In this document: positions 16,465-26,551 of the stretch, in pieces
Position numbering within the stretch: position 1 is the first letter of the stretch
Layout: each line of letters begins with the position of its first letter
DNA from: Gemmatimonadales bacterium
Lineage (GTDB): Bacteria; Gemmatimonadota; Gemmatimonadetes; Gemmatimonadales; GWC2-71-9
Direction: 5' to 3'
DNA length: 49,033 nucleotides
Assembly: GCA_035763885.1 (NCBI GenBank)
Contig: DASUAH010000081.1
Location: 1-49,033 of the forward strand
Notes under the pieces: generated by a model
Seen by the model: the letters and a program-made list of their open reading frames with translations, nothing else
Database searches by the model: none
What the model was told of the DNA's origin: nothing
Position numbers and translations under genes: made by a program

Positions 16465-16866
16465 ATGAGCCGATCCCTTGCCGCCTTCCTGCTTCTGCTC
16501 CTGCTTGGCGCCTGCCGCGACTACGCGCTCTATCCCCGCCTCGCCGGCCAGAACGGCCTCGTCCCGCCGGATCGGTACGCCCGGTACGGCCGCGAGCAGG
16601 CCCAGCACGTGGCGATCGGCCGCGAGTTCGCGGCGGCGCACCAGGGCGACTCGCCCGAGGCACGCGTCCGCCAGGCAGAGGCCGCGGTGGCGTACGCGCG
16701 CACCCTGCCGGACGTGCAGGAGGTGACCGCCGACCCCCTGGGGTACCGGCTCAACGTGACGTTCCGGAGCGGGTGGCGGGTGGCGGTGCTCCCGATCGAC
16801 GACGGGAAGCGCGGCGCCGAGACGCCCGGACTTCCCGCGACGGGAGGCGCGGCGCCGGCGAAGTAG
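16465..16866 (+). CDS. hypothetical lipoprotein
   Basis: GGAGA RBS 4 nt upstream of ATG 16465. Lipobox in MSRSLAAFLLLLLLGAC. Confidence 0.6.
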   Translation: MSRSLAAFLLLLLLGACRDYALYPRLAGQNGLVPPDRYARYGREQAQHVAIGREFAAAHQGDSPEARVRQAEAAVAYARTLPDVQEVTADPLGYRLNVTFRSGWRVAVLPIDDGKRGAETPGLPATGGAAPAK

Positions 16867-16890
16867 CGCCCCCGCCGCCCCGAGAGCCGC

Positions 16891-17208
16891 GTGGCCGACT
16901 GCTGCCAGGTCACCACCACGGTCGACACGCGCGAAACGGCGGAGCGGATCGCCACCGCGCTCGTCGAGGAGCGGCTCGCGGCCTGCGCCCAGGTGGCCGG
17001 TCCCATCGCCAGCACCTATCGCTGGCGCGGCGCCGTCGAGCACGCGACCGAGTGGCACTGCCACCTGAAGACGACGCGCGCCCGTGTGCCCGCCCTCGAG
17101 GCGCGGGTCCGCGAGCTCCACCCGTACGACGTCCCCGAGATCATCGCACTGCCGATCGTGGCGGGGCATCCCGCGTATCTGGCCTGGATCGAGGACTCCG
17201 TCCGATGA
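16891..17208 (+). CDS. cutA: divalent-cation tolerance protein CutA
   Basis: 105 aa. ...LVEERLAACAQVAGPIASTYRWRGAVEHATEW...LHPYDVPEIIALPI...YLAWI matches the CutA1 fold signature. GTG start. Confidence 0.85.
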   Translation: MADCCQVTTTVDTRETAERIATALVEERLAACAQVAGPIASTYRWRGAVEHATEWHCHLKTTRARVPALEARVRELHPYDVPEIIALPIVAGHPAYLAWIEDSVR

Positions 17209-18605
17209 CCGCGCCGCCACTCCCCCCGACCCCGCCCACGCCCGAGCTGCTGTACCTGCTGTCGGGCGACGAGGAGGACTTCGCGGCCGCCTGCGCGGAG
17301 CTCCTGCCGGCGGACATCGCGGAGGCACTCAACGGCCTGCCGGTCGCGGCAGCGATCCGGGTGCTGACCGCGCTTCCCTTCCATCGGGCGGTGCAGGTGC
17401 TGGACGAGCCGCAGCTCCTGCGGCGCGGCGAGCTCATCGGCGGACTCGAGACCGCGCGCGCGGTGCCGCTCATCGAGGCGATGTCGGCCGACCAGCAGGT
17501 CGATCTGTTCCGCGAGCTCAGCGACGAGGCCCGTGCGCGGCTCATCCACGTGCTCGCCGCGCCCACCCGCGACGCCCTCGCTCTCCTGCTCCGGTTTCCG
17601 CCCCACACCGCCGGCGGCATCATGACGACGGAGTTCGTCGGTGTGCCGCCCACCTGGACGGCGGACCAGGTGAAGACGTACATCCGCGAGGTCGCCGCGG
17701 GCAAGGAGACGGTTTACGCCATCTACGTCCTGGAGCCCAGGGACCAGCGGCTGGTGCGGGTGGTCTCGCTGCGCGACATCATGCTCGCCGAGCCGAACCA
17801 GCCGGTGCTTCGGGTAGGAGAGACGCGGAAGCCCGTCACGGTGGGGCCGCTCACCGACCGGGAGGAGGTGGCGCGGCTGATCTCCAAGTACGATCTGCTC
17901 GCCATCCCGGTGCTGGACGACGCCGGCCACGTGCTCGGCATCGTCACGGTGGACGACGTGATCGACGCCCTGGTCCGGGAGTCCACCGAGGACGTACAGA
18001 AGTTCGGCGGCATGCAGGCGATCGAGGAGCCGTACACCCAGATCGGCCTTCCCGAGATGATCCGGAAGCGGGCCGGCTGGCTCTCCGCGCTGTTCCTCGG
18101 CGAGATGCTCACCTCGCTCGCGATGCAGGAGTTCGAGCACGAGATCAGCCGGGCCGTCGTGCTCGCGCTGTTCATCCCGCTCATCATCAGCAGCGGCGGC
18201 AACTCGGGCTCCCAAGCGACGTCGCTGATCATCCGCGCGCTCGCGCTCCGCGAGGTGACACTCCGCGACTGGTGGCGGGTGGCGCTCCGCGAGTTCCCCG
18301 CGGGGCTGGCGCTCGGCTCCATCCTCGGGGCGATCGGGGTGATCCGGATTCTCCTGTGGCAGTGGCTGGGCTGGTACGACTACGGCGCGCACTACCTGCT
18401 GGTGGCGCTCACGGTCGGGCTGGCGCTGGTCGGCGTGGTGCTGTTCGGCTCGCTGGCGGGATCGATGCTGCCGTTCGTGCTGCGGCGGCTGGGGTTCGAC
18501 CCGGCCAGTGCGTCGGCGCCGTTCGTGGCGACGCTGGTGGACGTGACCGGGCTCGTGATCTACTTCAGCGTCGCGCTCATACTGCTCCGGGGGACTCTGC
18601 TCTGA
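17205..18605 (+). CDS. mgtE: magnesium transporter MgtE
   Basis: The ATG at 17205 overlaps the cutA stop (ATGA). MgtE N-domain, CBS pair (LLAIPVLDDAGHVLGIVTVDDVIDAL), and TM domain with PLIISSGGNSGSQ. Confidence 0.9.
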   Translation: MTAPPLPPTPPTPELLYLLSGDEEDFAAACAELLPADIAEALNGLPVAAAIRVLTALPFHRAVQVLDEPQLLRRGELIGGLETARAVPLIEAMSADQQVDLFRELSDEARARLIHVLAAPTRDALALLLRFPPHTAGGIMTTEFVGVPPTWTADQVKTYIREVAAGKETVYAIYVLEPRDQRLVRVVSLRDIMLAEPNQPVLRVGETRKPVTVGPLTDREEVARLISKYDLLAIPVLDDAGHVLGIVTVDDVIDALVRESTEDVQKFGGMQAIEEPYTQIGLPEMIRKRAGWLSALFLGEMLTSLAMQEFEHEISRAVVLALFIPLIISSGGNSGSQATSLIIRALALREVTLRDWWRVALREFPAGLALGSILGAIGVIRILLWQWLGWYDYGAHYLLVALTVGLALVGVVLFGSLAGSMLPFVLRRLGFDPASASAPFVATLVDVTGLVIYFSVALILLRGTLL

Positions 18606-19668
18606 GGCTGGCGAGCCACCGGCCGATCGCCGGGAGCGGCAGCACGTGGGCCGCGGCCGCCCGCTGCACCGCCGCCCGGGGCATTCCGTAGACGACGCAG
18701 GTCTCCTCGCTTTCGGCGATGGTCACGCCGCCGCCCGTCCGGATGGCGGCCATCCCGTCCGCGCCATCGTCTCCCATCCCCGTGAGCAGGACGCCCAGCA
18801 CCCGGCCCGGCCGGGCCCGCGCCGCGGAGTGCATCAGCACGTCGACGCTCGGGACGTGGCGGGCGTGCGCCGGCTCGCGCGACAGCACCACCGACAGGCT
18901 GTCGGTCACGCGCAGGTGAATGCCGGCGGGTGCGATCACGACCCGTCCCGGCGCCAGCCGCTCGCCATCCCCCGCTTCGCCGACGCGAAGGCGGCAGTGC
19001 GCGTTCAGCCGGGTGGCGAACGGCAGGGTGAAGCCCGGCGGCATGTGCTGCACGATGGCGATGGGAAGCGGAAAGTCGCCCGGCAGCCCCTCGAGCAGCT
19101 GCTGGAGGGCGGCCGGTCCGCCGGTGGAGGCCCCGATGACACACAGATCGACGGTCAGACGGTCGGACGGCCAGCCGGCCGGCGTTTCGGGAGTGTCGCG
19201 GCCCTCCGCCGCTCCGGCCCGGCCGGCCGGCCGGCCGGGCGACCGTCCGACCGTCTGACCGTCGGGCCGTCTGCCAGGCCGCGCCAACACCTTCACTTTC
19301 TCTCTGAGCTCCCGTCCGAACCCGTCCAGGTCCATCAGGCCGAATCGGGACTTGTCCACGAAGTCGGCGGCGCCGGCGGCGAGTGCCTCGATCGTCGCCT
19401 CTGCGCCCTCCCGGGTGTGGGCCGACAGCATGACGACGGGCAGCGCCGGATCGCCCTGCCGCAGGCGCTTGAGGACCGCCAGGCCGTTCATCCCGGGCAT
19501 GTCCAGATCGAGGGTGACCAGGTCCGGCCGAACCCGCGGAATCAGCGCGAGCGCTTCGGCGCCGCTCGCCGCCTCGCCCACCACGCGCACACCCGCCTCG
19601 GCGGCCAGCACCTTGGCCGTCGCCTTGCGCGCGAAGGCCGAATCGTCCACCACGAAGACCCGGATCAC
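18577..19668 (-). CDS. cheB: chemotaxis response regulator protein-glutamate methylesterase CheB
   Basis: REC domain (VFVVDDSAFARK..., DLDMPGMNG) plus methylesterase domain (VIGASTGGPAAL, VQHMPPGF, LTGMGDDG). The GTG start overlaps the cheR stop (GTGA). The linker carries the palindromic repeat listed next. Confidence 0.9.
   Translation of the reverse strand: MIRVFVVDDSAFARKATAKVLAAEAGVRVVGEAASGAEALALIPRVRPDLVTLDLDMPGMNGLAVLKRLRQGDPALPVVMLSAHTREGAEATIEALAAGAADFVDKSRFGLMDLDGFGRELREKVKVLARPGRRPDGQTVGRSPGRPAGRAGAAEGRDTPETPAGWPSDRLTVDLCVIGASTGGPAALQQLLEGLPGDFPLPIAIVQHMPPGFTLPFATRLNAHCRLRVGEAGDGERLAPGRVVIAPAGIHLRVTDSLSVVLSREPAHARHVPSVDVLMHSAARARPGRVLGVLLTGMGDDGADGMAAIRTGGGVTIAESEETCVVYGMPRAAVQRAAAAHVLPLPAIGRWLASLRAESPGAV
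19150..19274. repeat. palindromic octamer-repeat element (CAGACGGY family) inside the cheB linker
   Basis: gacggtcagacggtcggacgg (19150-19170) is the exact reverse complement of ccgtccgaccgtctgaccgtc (19243-19263), a 21/21 match. The arms are made of (C/T)NGACGG(T/C) octamers. One extra octamer lies at 19267-19274, and the centre holds a short (CGGC)4 tract. Confidence 0.85.
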
Positions 19669-20495
19669 GCCGCCTCACGTTTCCGGTAGACCATCGCGCC
19701 CTCCAGCCACACGGCGGTGAACTCGTCGCTCCGGTCGATCAGCGACTCGGAATGCCCGAGGAGCAGGTAGCCCCGCGGCGCCAGCGCGCGGGCGAACAGC
19801 CGCACCGTGCGATCGAATCCCGCGTCGTCGAAGTAGATCAGCAGGTTGCGGCAGAGGACCGCGTCGTACGGCGGGCAGCCGACCGCGCTCGCGGTGGCGA
19901 GGTTGGCCTCGAAGAACCGCACCCCTCGACGGTAGCGCTCCCGCAGAACGCGCCGGCCGTTGCGCTCCTCGAAGTAGCGGCGGAGCGCCTCGGCATCGCA
20001 GGCACGGAGGGCGGACCCGTCGTACGCACCCTCCCGCGCCCGGGCCAGTCGGTCGCGGTTGAGATCACAGGCGTCGATCTCCCACGACACCCCGCGAAGC
20101 TCGAGGCCCGAGTCGTGCAGCGCGATCGCCAGCGAATACGGCTCCTCTCCCGACGAGCACCCGGCCGACAGGATCCGGAGCGGCCGGGTCCGCAGGTCGT
20201 CCATCAGCGGGGGGACGACGTGCCGGACGATGATGTCGAAGTGGTGCGGCTCGCGGAAGAAGTAGGTCTCGTTGTTGGTGAGATGCCGGGCGAGGTGGTC
20301 GAGCTCATAGTCCCGCTGCGGGTGCGAGCGGAGGTAGTGGTAGTAATCGAGCAGCGAGTCGAGACGCAGCGCGGAGATGCGCGGCCGGACGCGTGAGGCG
20401 AGGATGTCACGGCGGACGCCGGAGAACGAGAGGCCGAAGCGTTCCTGGATGAGGTCCGAGAGCAGCTTGCACTCGGCCTCGCCGGCCGCGTTCAT
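19665..20495 (-). CDS. cheR: chemotaxis protein methyltransferase CheR
   Basis: NETYFFREPHHF, SAM-binding ILSAGCSSGEEPYSLAI, CRNLLIYFD. The ATG overlaps the upstream stop (ATGA). Confidence 0.9.
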   Translation of the reverse strand: MNAAGEAECKLLSDLIQERFGLSFSGVRRDILASRVRPRISALRLDSLLDYYHYLRSHPQRDYELDHLARHLTNNETYFFREPHHFDIIVRHVVPPLMDDLRTRPLRILSAGCSSGEEPYSLAIALHDSGLELRGVSWEIDACDLNRDRLARAREGAYDGSALRACDAEALRRYFEERNGRRVLRERYRRGVRFFEANLATASAVGCPPYDAVLCRNLLIYFDDAGFDRTVRLFARALAPRGYLLLGHSESLIDRSDEFTAVWLEGAMVYRKREAA

Positions 20496-22477
20496 GCCGC
20501 CGCGGAATCGCAGCGCTGCGCGGTGCCGGCGAGCGACTGCCGGGCGGTGCGAGCCACCACCGGCTCCAGGTCGCGGGAAAGCGTGAGCAGCGGGGGCCGC
20601 GCCTCCGGAACGCCGAGCCGCCCGAGACCGCGCGCCGCCTCGTTCCGGATCGCCCAGTCCTCGTGCGCCGCCATCGCGATCAGCTCCTGGATCTCCTCCG
20701 GCCCGGCCGTCTGGGCCAGGCCGAGCGCGGCCACGTGGCGGAGCTCCGGCTCCTGCGCCCGCAGCCGCACCCGGAGAAAGTCGGCCACCCCCGCCGGTGC
20801 GATGGCCGCGAGCGCCCGCACGATCTCGATCCGCTCGTGGAGCGGTGCGGTCGGATAGAGCGCCTCGAGCTTGGACGCGGCCTCGGGGGCCCGGAGCTGG
20901 CCCAGGGCCCGGATCACGCGGAAGCGGAGCGAGTCCTCGGCGGAGAGCAGCGCGATCAGCGTCGTCGCGGCCCGGGCTCCCTCGCGGATCACGAGGAGCT
21001 CGAGCGCCTCGACCTGCACCTGTTCGTCACGGTCGGCGAGCGCCCGGACCAGCACCAGCTGCGCGCGGGTGCCCGGCAGCGCCGCGGCCGCGCGGAGCGC
21101 GGCGATCCGGACCGGCGGCGACGGCGACCGGGTGAACGCGAGCACCTCGGACTCGAACGCCGCCGCCCGGGCGAGCCGGACCGCCCCGAGTGCCGCAGCC
21201 ACGACGTCGTCTCCCACCCGTGGGTCCAGGCAGCTGCGGAGCTCGGCGAGCGCCTCGGCGGGCAGCTCCCCCAGCGCCGCAGCGGCGTGACCCCGCTCCT
21301 CGGGTCCGCCGTTGCGGAGCTGCGCCACCAGCGCCGGCGCCGCCCGGGCGTCGCCGGTGCAGCCGATCGCGCGGGCCGCCGCCGCCCGGACGCCCGGGTC
21401 GCCGTCGGCGAGCAGCGAGGTCAGCGTCGGCAAGTCGTCGGGTCCGAACCAGCCCGCCAGCAGGACGCCCCGGCGGACCGCGGGGTCGGGATGCGCCAGG
21501 AAGCCGGCGACGTCGTGACCGGACAGCTCCGCGTGCCGCCGCCACAACGGCTCGGCCCAGGGGGCCTCCGGGTCGCCGACGCGACGCAGGATCCTCGGAT
21601 ACAGGCTCCGGAATCCGCACACCAGGACCAGGGCCGCCGCGGCCTGCGCGAGCGGGCCGCCGTCCCCGTCATCCTCCGCGGTGCGCAGGAGCCCGCCCAG
21701 AAACGCCGAGACGCCGCCTTCGCCGCGCTCCGATTCCCGCCCGAAGCGCCGTCCGATCGCCGTGGAGTCGGGATGCAGCTCGAGCACGACGGCGGCGGCC
21801 TCCAGAATCGCGTCCCGCAGCGGCCGCTCCCGGACCGACGCGAGCAGCGCGAGCAACGGCTCCAGCGATTCCGGCGCCGCGATCCGCTGCAGCGCCTGCA
21901 CCGCCTGCTCCGCCACCAGAGTGTGGGGCACCAGGGCGAGCAGCGGGCCCACCGCAGCGGGCTCCCCGATCTCGCCCAGTGCGTTCACCGCGGCCAGCTG
22001 GAGCCAGAGGTTCCCGGAGAGCAGCTCGAGCAGTGCGGGGAGCGCCTCGCGGACCCGCATGCGGCCGAGCGTCTCGACCGCCGCCTGGGCCACGTTGGGA
22101 TCGTGGTGCGCCACCAGCGGCAGGACGCGCGCGGTGGACACCGGATCCCCGATGCGGGCGAGGATCTGCAGCGCGAACATGACCAGCTCGGCGTCGGGCG
22201 ACTGCAGCAGCTCGGCGAGGTGCGGCACTGCGTACGGCCCCTGCCGCTCCAGCGCCGCGAGCGCGCCGTTCCGGCGCCCGGCGTTGACGCCGTCCGCCAC
22301 CATGGCCCCGAGCACCTGGGGCTCCACGTACCGGGCGGCGAGCCGCACCGCGCGCTCGCGCACGACCGGGGCGTCGTCCTCCAGGGCCGCGAGGATCGCA
22401 TCCTCGGCGCCCGCGCCGGCGGCGGCGTCCAGCAGGGCGAGGCGCTCGGCGGGGGCCGGCATCCCCGGGGGAGTCAC
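20492..22477 (-). CDS. HEAT-repeat (PBS-lyase-like) protein embedded in the che operon
   Basis: 661 aa of repeated D/E-P-x-V-R-x-x-A-(A)-x-A-L-G units ([77 protein letters not shown]). GTG 22477 overlaps the mcp stop. Alternative start at ATG 22462. Confidence 0.8.
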   Translation of the reverse strand: MTPPGMPAPAERLALLDAAAGAGAEDAILAALEDDAPVVRERAVRLAARYVEPQVLGAMVADGVNAGRRNGALAALERQGPYAVPHLAELLQSPDAELVMFALQILARIGDPVSTARVLPLVAHHDPNVAQAAVETLGRMRVREALPALLELLSGNLWLQLAAVNALGEIGEPAAVGPLLALVPHTLVAEQAVQALQRIAAPESLEPLLALLASVRERPLRDAILEAAAVVLELHPDSTAIGRRFGRESERGEGGVSAFLGGLLRTAEDDGDGGPLAQAAAALVLVCGFRSLYPRILRRVGDPEAPWAEPLWRRHAELSGHDVAGFLAHPDPAVRRGVLLAGWFGPDDLPTLTSLLADGDPGVRAAAARAIGCTGDARAAPALVAQLRNGGPEERGHAAAALGELPAEALAELRSCLDPRVGDDVVAAALGAVRLARAAAFESEVLAFTRSPSPPVRIAALRAAAALPGTRAQLVLVRALADRDEQVQVEALELLVIREGARAATTLIALLSAEDSLRFRVIRALGQLRAPEAASKLEALYPTAPLHERIEIVRALAAIAPAGVADFLRVRLRAQEPELRHVAALGLAQTAGPEEIQELIAMAAHEDWAIRNEAARGLGRLGVPEARPPLLTLSRDLEPVVARTARQSLAGTAQRCDSAAA

Positions 22478-23946
22478 GCGGCGGGCAGCTGGAACGTGTC
22501 CACCCGCTGGCGCAGTAGATCCGACTCGCCGGCGAGGGTGCGCGCCGCGGCGCTCATCTGCTCCACGGCCGCGAGGTTCTGCCGGGACACGGACGCGACC
22601 GACTCGACCGCCTTCACCACCAGCTCCCCGCCCCGCTTCTGCTCGGCCACGGCCTCGGACATCTGGTGGGTGAGATGGTTCATCTTCTCCGCGGCCCGCG
22701 TGATCTCCTTCGCCCCGGCCGCGTTCTCGCGCACCGCGGCCGCGATCTGCCGCGAGAGCTGCGACATGCTCTCCGCCATCCGGAGCACTTCCTTCGCTCC
22801 CGCCGCATGCTCCTCCGTCGCCCGGGCCGCCTCGCCCACCAGGTGCGAGGTCTGGTCGATGGAGCCGACCATCCCCGCGAGGACGCCGCCCATGAGGTCG
22901 ACGGCGCCCTTGGTCTCGCGCTGGACCGAGTCGATCACCGCGCCGATCTCCTGCGTCGCCTGCACCGACCGTTCGGCGAGCCGCCGCACCTCGTCGGCCA
23001 CGACCGCGAACCCGCGGCCAGCCTCGCCGGCTCGGGCCGCCTCGATCGCCGCATTGAGGGAGAGCAGGTTGGTCTGGTCGGCGATCCCCTCGATCACCTT
23101 GACGATCTTCCCGATCTCCTCCGACTGCTGCCCGATCGAGTTGATCGACGCCTGCAGCCGCTCGCCGCTCTTCCGCACCTCGCTGACCGACTGGCGGGAG
23201 ACTTCGTCGACCTGATGCACCCGCGAAGCAATGGCCCCCACGTTGTCGATCATGTCGGTCAGCCGGTTCACGGCCTCCTCGACCGACTGGAGCAGCGCCT
23301 CGCCGTGCTGCGAGGTCTGCACCAGGGTCGTGGTCATCTGCTGGATGGAGGACGAGGTCTCGTCCACGTTGGCGGCAAGCGCCTCGGCGTTACGCGCGAG
23401 CTGCTGCATCTGCGTGGCCATCTCCACCATGGTGGCGGAGGTCTGCTCGGTGGAGCTGGTCTGGGCCTCAGCGCCCTTCGCCATCTGCTCGGAGGAGGCC
23501 GAGATCTCCTCCGCCGAGGTGGCGACGGTGCGCGACGACGCGGAGATGTGCCCCACGATCACCCGCAGGTTCTTCACCATCTGCCGCATGGAGTGCTCGA
23601 GCCAGCCGATCTCGTCGCGGGACTGGCTCCGGATGTCGGTGGTGAGATCCCCCTTGCTGACCTCCTCGGCCAGCACGCCCAGCTTCTCCAGCGGATCGGC
23701 GATCAGCCGCGCGAGGATGAGCGCCGTGGTGAACCCGACGGCCACGATGCTGAGCGTCATGGTAAGCACGATCGACCGTGAGGCGTCCAGCAGCCCGCCG
23801 CCGCCTTCCATCCCCGCCATGCGCTCGAGCTGCCGGATCGCGAACCAGCCCTGCACCGCCGCGAGCGCCACCGTGAGGCAGAACCCCGTGAGGATCTTGC
23901 GGCGGATGGTCCAGTTCCGGATGTGTTGCATGATGGTCTGCGTCAT
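22474..23946 (-). CDS. methyl-accepting chemotaxis protein with hairpin membrane anchor
   Basis: Two TM segments about 21 aa apart, HAMP ([18 protein letters not shown]...), and the conserved signalling hairpin [40 protein letters not shown]. Confidence 0.9.
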   Translation of the reverse strand: MTQTIMQHIRNWTIRRKILTGFCLTVALAAVQGWFAIRQLERMAGMEGGGGLLDASRSIVLTMTLSIVAVGFTTALILARLIADPLEKLGVLAEEVSKGDLTTDIRSQSRDEIGWLEHSMRQMVKNLRVIVGHISASSRTVATSAEEISASSEQMAKGAEAQTSSTEQTSATMVEMATQMQQLARNAEALAANVDETSSSIQQMTTTLVQTSQHGEALLQSVEEAVNRLTDMIDNVGAIASRVHQVDEVSRQSVSEVRKSGERLQASINSIGQQSEEIGKIVKVIEGIADQTNLLSLNAAIEAARAGEAGRGFAVVADEVRRLAERSVQATQEIGAVIDSVQRETKGAVDLMGGVLAGMVGSIDQTSHLVGEAARATEEHAAGAKEVLRMAESMSQLSRQIAAAVRENAAGAKEITRAAEKMNHLTHQMSEAVAEQKRGGELVVKAVESVASVSRQNLAAVEQMSAAARTLAGESDLLRQRVDTFQLPAA

Positions 23947-23953
23947 GGGAGGC

Positions 23954-24496
23954 TCACGGCTGGGGAACGGACCCGGGCTGCAGCATGCGCTCCAGGTCGA
24001 GCAGGATGATCAGCCGGCCGTCGAGCTGGGCGACGCCGGTCACGTAGTCCGCCTGCGCCGACCGCGTCTCCTCCGGCGGCGCCACGACGCAGTCCGCGGG
24101 CACCTTGAGCACCTGGGCCACCGCGTCCACCAGGAGGCCCAGCACCCGGCCGTGCACCTCGGCGACCACCACGCGCGCCTTGGGGCCGGGCGCCAGCGGC
24201 TCCAAGCCCAGGCGGGTCCGGATCTCGTAGACGGGCAGGATGCGCCCCCGGAGGTTGGTGACGCCGCGGATGTGCGCGGGAGCCTGGGGCACCCGGGTGA
24301 TGTCGCCGACCCGGCTCACCTCGCGCACCGTCGCCACCGGCACCCCATACTCCTCCCGGTCGAGGCGGAACGCGATCAGGTGCAGCTGCGGATCGGGGGC
24401 GGCCGCCGCGGGCTCGGCCTGCGCCTGCGCGGCGAGCGCATCGGCGAACGCCAGCGCACCGGCGCGGGCGAGGTCGGCTCGGGCGGGCGCGGTCAT
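23954..24496 (-). CDS. cheW: chemotaxis coupling protein CheW
   Basis: 180 aa. [21 protein letters not shown]...[29 protein letters not shown] is the typical CheW domain. The ATG overlaps the cheA stop (TGATGA). Confidence 0.85.
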   Translation of the reverse strand: MTAPARADLARAGALAFADALAAQAQAEPAAAAPDPQLHLIAFRLDREEYGVPVATVREVSRVGDITRVPQAPAHIRGVTNLRGRILPVYEIRTRLGLEPLAPGPKARVVVAEVHGRVLGLLVDAVAQVLKVPADCVVAPPEETRSAQADYVTGVAQLDGRLIILLDLERMLQPGSVPQP

Positions 24497-26139
24497 CAGG
24501 CCGCCTCCCGACAGCTCACGACGCCCGCGGCGTCGAGGATGCAGGCCACGCGGCCGTCGCCGAGGATGGTGGTGCCCGAGACGAGCTGCGGCCGCCCCAG
24601 CGTGGGGTCGAGGCTCTTCACCACAACGTCCTGGTGCCCGATGAGACGATCCACGAGCACGCCGCGCCGGCGCGGACCGGCGAAAAGCACGACGCAGTAG
24701 TTGCGCGGCGCGCGACTGGCGCCACCCGTGCCGAGGATCGCGCCGCCGTCGGCCACGTGCATCGCGGCACCGCGCCACACCATCACCCCCTGACCCTGCA
24801 GCTCGTGCAGGGCCGCCGGATCGACCCGGGTGGTCTCCGCGACGTGGCTCAGCGGCACCGCGTAGCGCTCCCGGTCCACCTCGACGATCAGCGACCGCAC
24901 GATCGCGAGGGTGAGTGGGAGCGTGAGCGTGAACACGGTGCCGGTGCCCTCCTCGCTCCGGACGTCGATGGCGCCCCCGAGCGCGTGGATCGCGGCCGCG
25001 GCGGCATCGAGCCCTACGCCGCGCCCGGCCAGCTCCGACACGTCGTCCGCGGTGGAGAAGCCCGGGACGAAGATGAGCGCGTGCACGTCCTCCGGCTCGG
25101 TCGAGCGCACCTCCAGATCCAGCGCGCGCGCCTTGGCGAGGATCCGCTCGGTGTCGAGGCCGCGCCCGTCGTCCGTGACCGTCACGACGATGCGATCGGC
25201 GACCGCAGCCGCGTGGAGCGCGAGCGTGGCCTCGGCCGGCTTGCCGCAGTGGCGCCGCTCGGCCTCGGCTTCGACCCCGTGCACCACCGCGTTGGTCAGC
25301 AGATGCACCAGCGGCTCGCCCAGCCGGTCCAGAATCGTCTTGTCCAGCAGCGTGTCGCCGCCGTCGGTCACGAGCCGGACCTGCTTCCCCTCCCCGCGCG
25401 CGACGTCCCGCACCAGCCGGTTGAAGCGGCCGAACACGGTGGAGATCGGCAGCAGGCGGGTTTGCATCAGGGCGGCTTCCAGCCGCTTCATCGTCGCGCC
25501 GAGGACCGTGACCACCTGCTCCAGCTCGGCCGTCTCGTCGCAGTTGCCCAGGATCGCACGGAGGCGGCGATGGGCGTCGGGCAGCGCGGATTGCGCGATC
25601 ATCGCCTCGCCGAAGATCTCGAGCAGCGTGTCGAGCCGCTGGAAGTCGACGCGGATGGTGCCGCCGCCCGCCTCCGGCCCCGCGCGCCGGTCGCCCCGCC
25701 GCCGCTCCAGGCGGAGCGGGCTCTCGCTCCGCGGCGTCGCGCCGAGCGCGGCGCGGACCCGCGTCACGTACGCCTCCGCAGCTTCGCCGTCCGCGCCCGG
25801 CTCGGCGGCGCTCCGGATGAGATCGGCCAGCAGCCCCGCCCCCTGCACCAGCAGTCCGGCGGTCTCGGGGGTCCGCCACGCCGGGTCCGCCAGCACCCGG
25901 GCGCACAGGTCCTCCAGGGCGTGGGCCACCGTCTGCATGGGACGGAGCCCCATCATCGCGGAGTTGCCCTTGACCGTGTGGAGGCGCGCCTTCAGCGCCG
26001 TCAGGTCGCCGGGATCGGTGTCGCCGGCTCGCCACCGCCGCTCCAGATCAAGCAGCGCGTCGGTCACGGCATCCGCGTGCGGGAGACACTCCGCGACGTA
26101 CTCGTGAACCAGCTCACCGAAGACGTGATCGTGATCCAT
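24496..26139 (-). CDS. cheA: chemotaxis histidine kinase CheA (P1-P3-P4-P5, no evident P2)
   Basis: Hpt LHTVKGNSAMMG, N-box HLLTNAVVHGVE, G1 DDGRGLD, G2 GRGVGLD, C-terminal CheW-like domain. Only 547 aa. Confidence 0.9.
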   Translation of the reverse strand: MDHDHVFGELVHEYVAECLPHADAVTDALLDLERRWRAGDTDPGDLTALKARLHTVKGNSAMMGLRPMQTVAHALEDLCARVLADPAWRTPETAGLLVQGAGLLADLIRSAAEPGADGEAAEAYVTRVRAALGATPRSESPLRLERRRGDRRAGPEAGGGTIRVDFQRLDTLLEIFGEAMIAQSALPDAHRRLRAILGNCDETAELEQVVTVLGATMKRLEAALMQTRLLPISTVFGRFNRLVRDVARGEGKQVRLVTDGGDTLLDKTILDRLGEPLVHLLTNAVVHGVEAEAERRHCGKPAEATLALHAAAVADRIVVTVTDDGRGLDTERILAKARALDLEVRSTEPEDVHALIFVPGFSTADDVSELAGRGVGLDAAAAAIHALGGAIDVRSEEGTGTVFTLTLPLTLAIVRSLIVEVDRERYAVPLSHVAETTRVDPAALHELQGQGVMVWRGAAMHVADGGAILGTGGASRAPRNYCVVLFAGPRRRGVLVDRLIGHQDVVVKSLDPTLGRPQLVSGTTILGDGRVACILDAAGVVSCREAA

Positions 26140-26140
26140 C

Positions 26141-26551
26141 TCAGGCGGCGGAGCGCTCGCGCTGCAGCCGCGCGACGAGCGCCTCGAGGTCGGCGGGAAG
26201 GAACGGCTTGCGCAGGTAGTCCCAGGCGCCGGCGGCGCGTCCCCGCGCCTCGTCTTCGGCGGTTCCCTCGGTCGTCACCAGGACGACCGCGACGTGAGGG
26301 TGGAGGTTCTCCGCGCGCCGGCGCTCGAGGAACTCGAGCCCGTTCATCTCGGGCATGTTGAGGTCGAGCAGGACGAGGCTGATCTCCGGGTGCGCGGCCA
26401 GCTGGGCGTATCCCTGTCGTCCGTTCATCGCGTGGAGCACCGTGCTGCCGGCCAGCGCGCCCCGGGAGAACACCAGCCGATACATCTGGTGCGTCAGCGC
26501 GGAATCGTCCACGACCAGGAAGGTCCCGGGCCGCGGGGCGGATTGGGTCAT
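26141..26551 (-). CDS. cheY: single-domain CheY-like response regulator
   Basis: FLVVDDSALTHQ..., LLDLNMPEMNG, YLRKPF. I prefer ATG 26551 (MTQSAPRPGTFLVVDD). The in-frame upstream ATG 26650 would add 33 non-receiver residues. Confidence 0.85.
   Translation of the reverse strand: MTQSAPRPGTFLVVDDSALTHQMYRLVFSRGALAGSTVLHAMNGRQGYAQLAAHPEISLVLLDLNMPEMNGLEFLERRRAENLHPHVAVVLVTTEGTAEDEARGRAAGAWDYLRKPFLPADLEALVARLQRERSAA

Noticed and set aside
19217-19238. The (CGGC)4 tetranucleotide tract inside cheB as a phase-variation switch.
   Set aside because: Four units are below the lengths usually associated with slipped-strand phase variation, and the tract is part of the repeat element's centre.
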